Assembly (NCBI GenBank): GCA_043228905.1 | Contig: JBHGNT010000002.1 | Coordinates: forward strand, 25,730,001 to 25,794,000 | Direction of reading: 5' to 3' | Source: Azolla caroliniana | Lineage: Eukaryota; Plantae; Polypodiophyta | DNA: 64,000 nt | In this document: positions 61,201-64,000 of the stretch, one piece after another | Layout: each line of letters opens with the position of its first letter | Numbering within the stretch: the stretch's first letter is position 1 | Made by a program: the position numbers and the translations under genes | The notes under the pieces: generated by a model | Databases searched by the model: none | Seen by the model: only the letters and a program-made list of their open reading frames with translations | Told to the model about the DNA's origin: nothing

Positions 61201-61754
61201 CCGATTCTCAAGTTATTTATTGTCTCCGAAGTGAAGTGATGTCCGATCTTCTCTATTGGTCGAAGCATAGGCTCGGTTGCTGCTGCCTCCATCTTCTCTT
61301 CACTACCAATAGGTAATGGTACTGCAGCAGGTTTGACCTTTTTATCTATTGTTTTGTATTTTGTATTACATAAACTTTCTACTTCTTCATATTTACAATT
61401 ATACCTATCAATCTCATAATACATATCAATTGAGTTTACATGTATCTTTCTAACATTCTCATCATCTTCTTTCAAATACATTTCTAACTCTTCTAAAGTA
61501 TTTGCAAAAGAAATTTCTTCCATAACACTTTCAATCTGCTCTTCCATTTCAAGTACTCCATTATCCTTCAATGCCTGCTGAAACAAATTAGCATTCTTTT
61601 TCAAGTTCCTCTTGCATTCATACATCCTAGTCACACATATAGCACCACTTTCAGAAACATGAAATGACTTATTCATATGTTGTAATGCCCTATATGAGGG
61701 TCTTTTAATAATGGGACTATTGCAACCCTCACTCGCAACAGTCCTAGTCAAAAA
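58293..61754 (-). pseudogene. pol: Element B Pol (RT-RH-INT), one in-frame TGA at 61011-61013
   Basis: ORFs 61011-61823 and 58293-61001 share a frame (PRA*LPQLLELL versus PRAHIPKLMELL in A); FLDD, HHCC, DRGE. Confidence 0.92.
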
Positions 61755-63918
61755 CCTGATTATCAAAATCATCATAGTCTTTTGGTATTGAGTGATCACG
61801 AAGCTCTTGCTTGTTCCTCTCATGATTTGGGCGAACTGTCATAAATTGTACAGTTCGTCGTCCATCTTGGCTACGGATTTTTGCATAGGCAGAACCATTG
61901 TCGAGGACTTTGGTCTCCATTCGTACCGCTGTAATGTATGGTTGCCCCAGGATTATTGGATAGGTAGATCCTTCCTGCACAAAGAAATGTTGATCTACCT
62001 CTATATCACCAATAGTAACCTTTACATTTGGGCATGCACCAAATAAATCTTCCGTGACTGATGTGGCAGCTTTTACTCGCCAACCATGTTGAGTATCAAT
62101 TGGCCATCTACCTTTCCTGTAAAAATCAGCACTCATTATATTTATTTCAGAACCATGATCAATAAGTGCCATCACGGGGTCTGGAACATTTCCAATCTTC
62201 ACATGAGTCTCAGTAGTGGCTCTTGCCCAACATTTGCGAGAGTAATGGCTTCTTACATCTGTTGAATTTATCATTGAGGTTGATGCATGTTGAGAGTCAA
62301 CAACGATATTGTTTGACTCGTTGCTCACCACTTCATATGCCACCTTCGGATTTGTCTCTTTAACCTGCTCATTTACTTGCTTCTTTCTTCGCACAATATC
62401 AATTATTTCATCATGAAATTCCTTTTTTGCAATACCTAACACTTCTCTTAGTGTAAATTCTACTCGACTGTCTAGTATTCTTGTTTCTAAAACTTTCTTT
62501 AAATCTGTATCCTTTTCAATATCAGACATTAATTTGAATGAAGGACCAGATTTACCTTTTTCAACTTTTGCGTCCATCTCTTTTCTTTTGCTTTCTCTTG
62601 TTTCATGCTTTTTGGTTGAGCCAATCTCATCATCCGATCTTTTCCTTTTTTCTTCCACTATCACCTCATGCTCTTGGTGTTCTGCCATTTGAGCATAGAC
62701 TGTCATAACATCTACTGGAACATCCCATCCAGTGTTTTTCCTCACAGAATCTCCGGCAACACGAAGGTCTTCCATCTTCATCTTTTGCTTTTGTGCGGTA
62801 CTTACAACCTTCTCCCAGAATGATGATCGGGATGGCATGTCATCGAGGCGCACCCCTGCCGTTGCCGAGTAGTACATTGCGGAAGCCTTCTTTGCTTCAG
62901 CTTCTTCAAATTTAACCTTAACACCACCATCACCAAAGTTCTTTGTAAGCGGAGATCTAGTTTCAGTTAAGTAAATGTTACCATTTTTCCAATAGACCAA
63001 GTCCCGATTCTCCATGTCTTTATATTCTTCACAATCACGTAATCGATGTTCGAGGCTATCACACCACATGCATCGAGGTCGAAATGGTTCCCTTGACCTC
63101 GAAGTCTGACCATTCTCAAGCTTTGCCACTTTAATTGTTAGATCTTTCATACTTTGAACTAAATCATCAAGCAAAAACTCACTCTTAGTTTCGATCATTT
63201 CTCGTGGTTGATGGACCATTTCGTGTGATGGTTCTCGACCAAGTCTTTGAACTTCGATGTTTTGCTCAAGCCGATTTGTGATTCCCACATGTGGTATTTG
63301 TAGCATTGCACCATTCCTTTGCATTCTTTTCATAAATTTATTACAAGCATTTGTTACCTCATTCCAATATGCAGTTATACCATCCTCAGTATTTGGTACT
63401 TCAAGCATGAATTCCAATTCTTTTCTATATCTCTTGTCAACTGCCTGCAAAAATAAAGCAACCTTTTGCCAGGACAAAGAATTTCTTTCTTCTGTCTTTA
63501 GGTGTCCATACATCCTATCAAACTCTTTTTTTGTGTCAGACACATATAACCCTTTATCTTCTTTTAAGATCCATTCATGAAATGAACGCATAGTAACTCG
63601 AGAGAAATCCTCACGAGCATATTCAGACACAAGTGCTTCTTTGAATGCATTCCAATCCAAACTATGCAATGCTTGTATTTCATGAATTCTATCTCTTAAT
63701 TCCATGTCCACTAATTTATAAAAGTTTGCTATCATATTGACATCATTTATACCAAACATTTCCATTTCATCATAATATATATTCACATACTTCGAAATAT
63801 TTGTGCCATCAAACATACCAATCTTCTCTCGGACTTCTCGTAAGGCATGAAATAATCGATCTTGATTCAACTTTTCAATAAACAACATTACCGGATCCAT
63901 TGTACTCGTACTTGCCAT
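61744..63918 (-). CDS. gag: Element B Gag-protease
   Basis: CMWCDSLEHRLRDC knuckle; ALIDHGSEIN; C-terminal half clearly homologous to element A Gag-PR. Confidence 0.9.
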   Translation of the reverse strand: MASTSTMDPVMLFIEKLNQDRLFHALREVREKIGMFDGTNISKYVNIYYDEMEMFGINDVNMIANFYKLVDMELRDRIHEIQALHSLDWNAFKEALVSEYAREDFSRVTMRSFHEWILKEDKGLYVSDTKKEFDRMYGHLKTEERNSLSWQKVALFLQAVDKRYRKELEFMLEVPNTEDGITAYWNEVTNACNKFMKRMQRNGAMLQIPHVGITNRLEQNIEVQRLGREPSHEMVHQPREMIETKSEFLLDDLVQSMKDLTIKVAKLENGQTSRSREPFRPRCMWCDSLEHRLRDCEEYKDMENRDLVYWKNGNIYLTETRSPLTKNFGDGGVKVKFEEAEAKKASAMYYSATAGVRLDDMPSRSSFWEKVVSTAQKQKMKMEDLRVAGDSVRKNTGWDVPVDVMTVYAQMAEHQEHEVIVEEKRKRSDDEIGSTKKHETRESKRKEMDAKVEKGKSGPSFKLMSDIEKDTDLKKVLETRILDSRVEFTLREVLGIAKKEFHDEIIDIVRRKKQVNEQVKETNPKVAYEVVSNESNNIVVDSQHASTSMINSTDVRSHYSRKCWARATTETHVKIGNVPDPVMALIDHGSEINIMSADFYRKGRWPIDTQHGWRVKAATSVTEDLFGACPNVKVTIGDIEVDQHFFVQEGSTYPIILGQPYITAVRMETKVLDNGSAYAKIRSQDGRRTVQFMTVRPNHERNKQELRDHSIPKDYDDFDNQVFD

Positions 63919-64000
63919 GTTGATGTTGATCTTTACTTTAGATGTCTCTTCTACTTCCCCGTTTCACGTCGGGTTCACCAAATTGTGTCGTGGCGTGGCT

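Larger units (their letters stand above)
57150..64000 (-). mobile_element. Element B: AT-rich tRNA-Trp-primed Ty3/gypsy of the same lineage as A; 5' LTR runs off the window
   Basis: 3' LTR 57150-58252; PPT AGAGGGGGTGGA; PBS TGGTGAACCCGACGTGAA at 63980-63963; the 5' LTR end at 63986-64000 matches 57150-57164. Confidence 0.93.

Overview
Plant nuclear DNA, probably a non-seed plant such as a fern; this is inferred from the TE lineages and is not provable from the window. The only host gene is the 5' part of a clade-A AT-hook (AHL) gene at the left edge (1-560, minus), with a microsatellite-rich upstream region. The rest is transposon graveyard and nest. There are two LINE fragments, then a four-level nest: an old tRNA-Trp-primed Ty3/gypsy copy (from 18200) contains a young GC-rich sibling, element A (18878-43859), which contains a self-priming Tcn1-like chromovirus, element E (23322-40985, TSD ATATG), which contains an 11.9-kb DNA transposon (28771-40645). 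That transposon has GGG termini, a 4-bp ATAG TSD and an intact three-exon DDD transposase with Sola2-type motifs. It also carries a convergent multi-exon accessory gene with a RING-H2 finger, and its introns and ends are packed with AGTACT/GTACTA motifs; this is the most novel-looking object here. To the right lie a copia-like LTR with a 54-bp array, a Met-primed chromovirus (element D), a deleted Tcn1-like copy split by a solo LTR, and an AT-rich relative of A (element B) running off the right edge. RNA-level signals include slippery site plus pseudoknot frameshift cassettes, a covarying hairpin before the PPT, and antisense tRNA-like A/B boxes in LTRs of two different lineages. All alignments were by eye; no searches were run.
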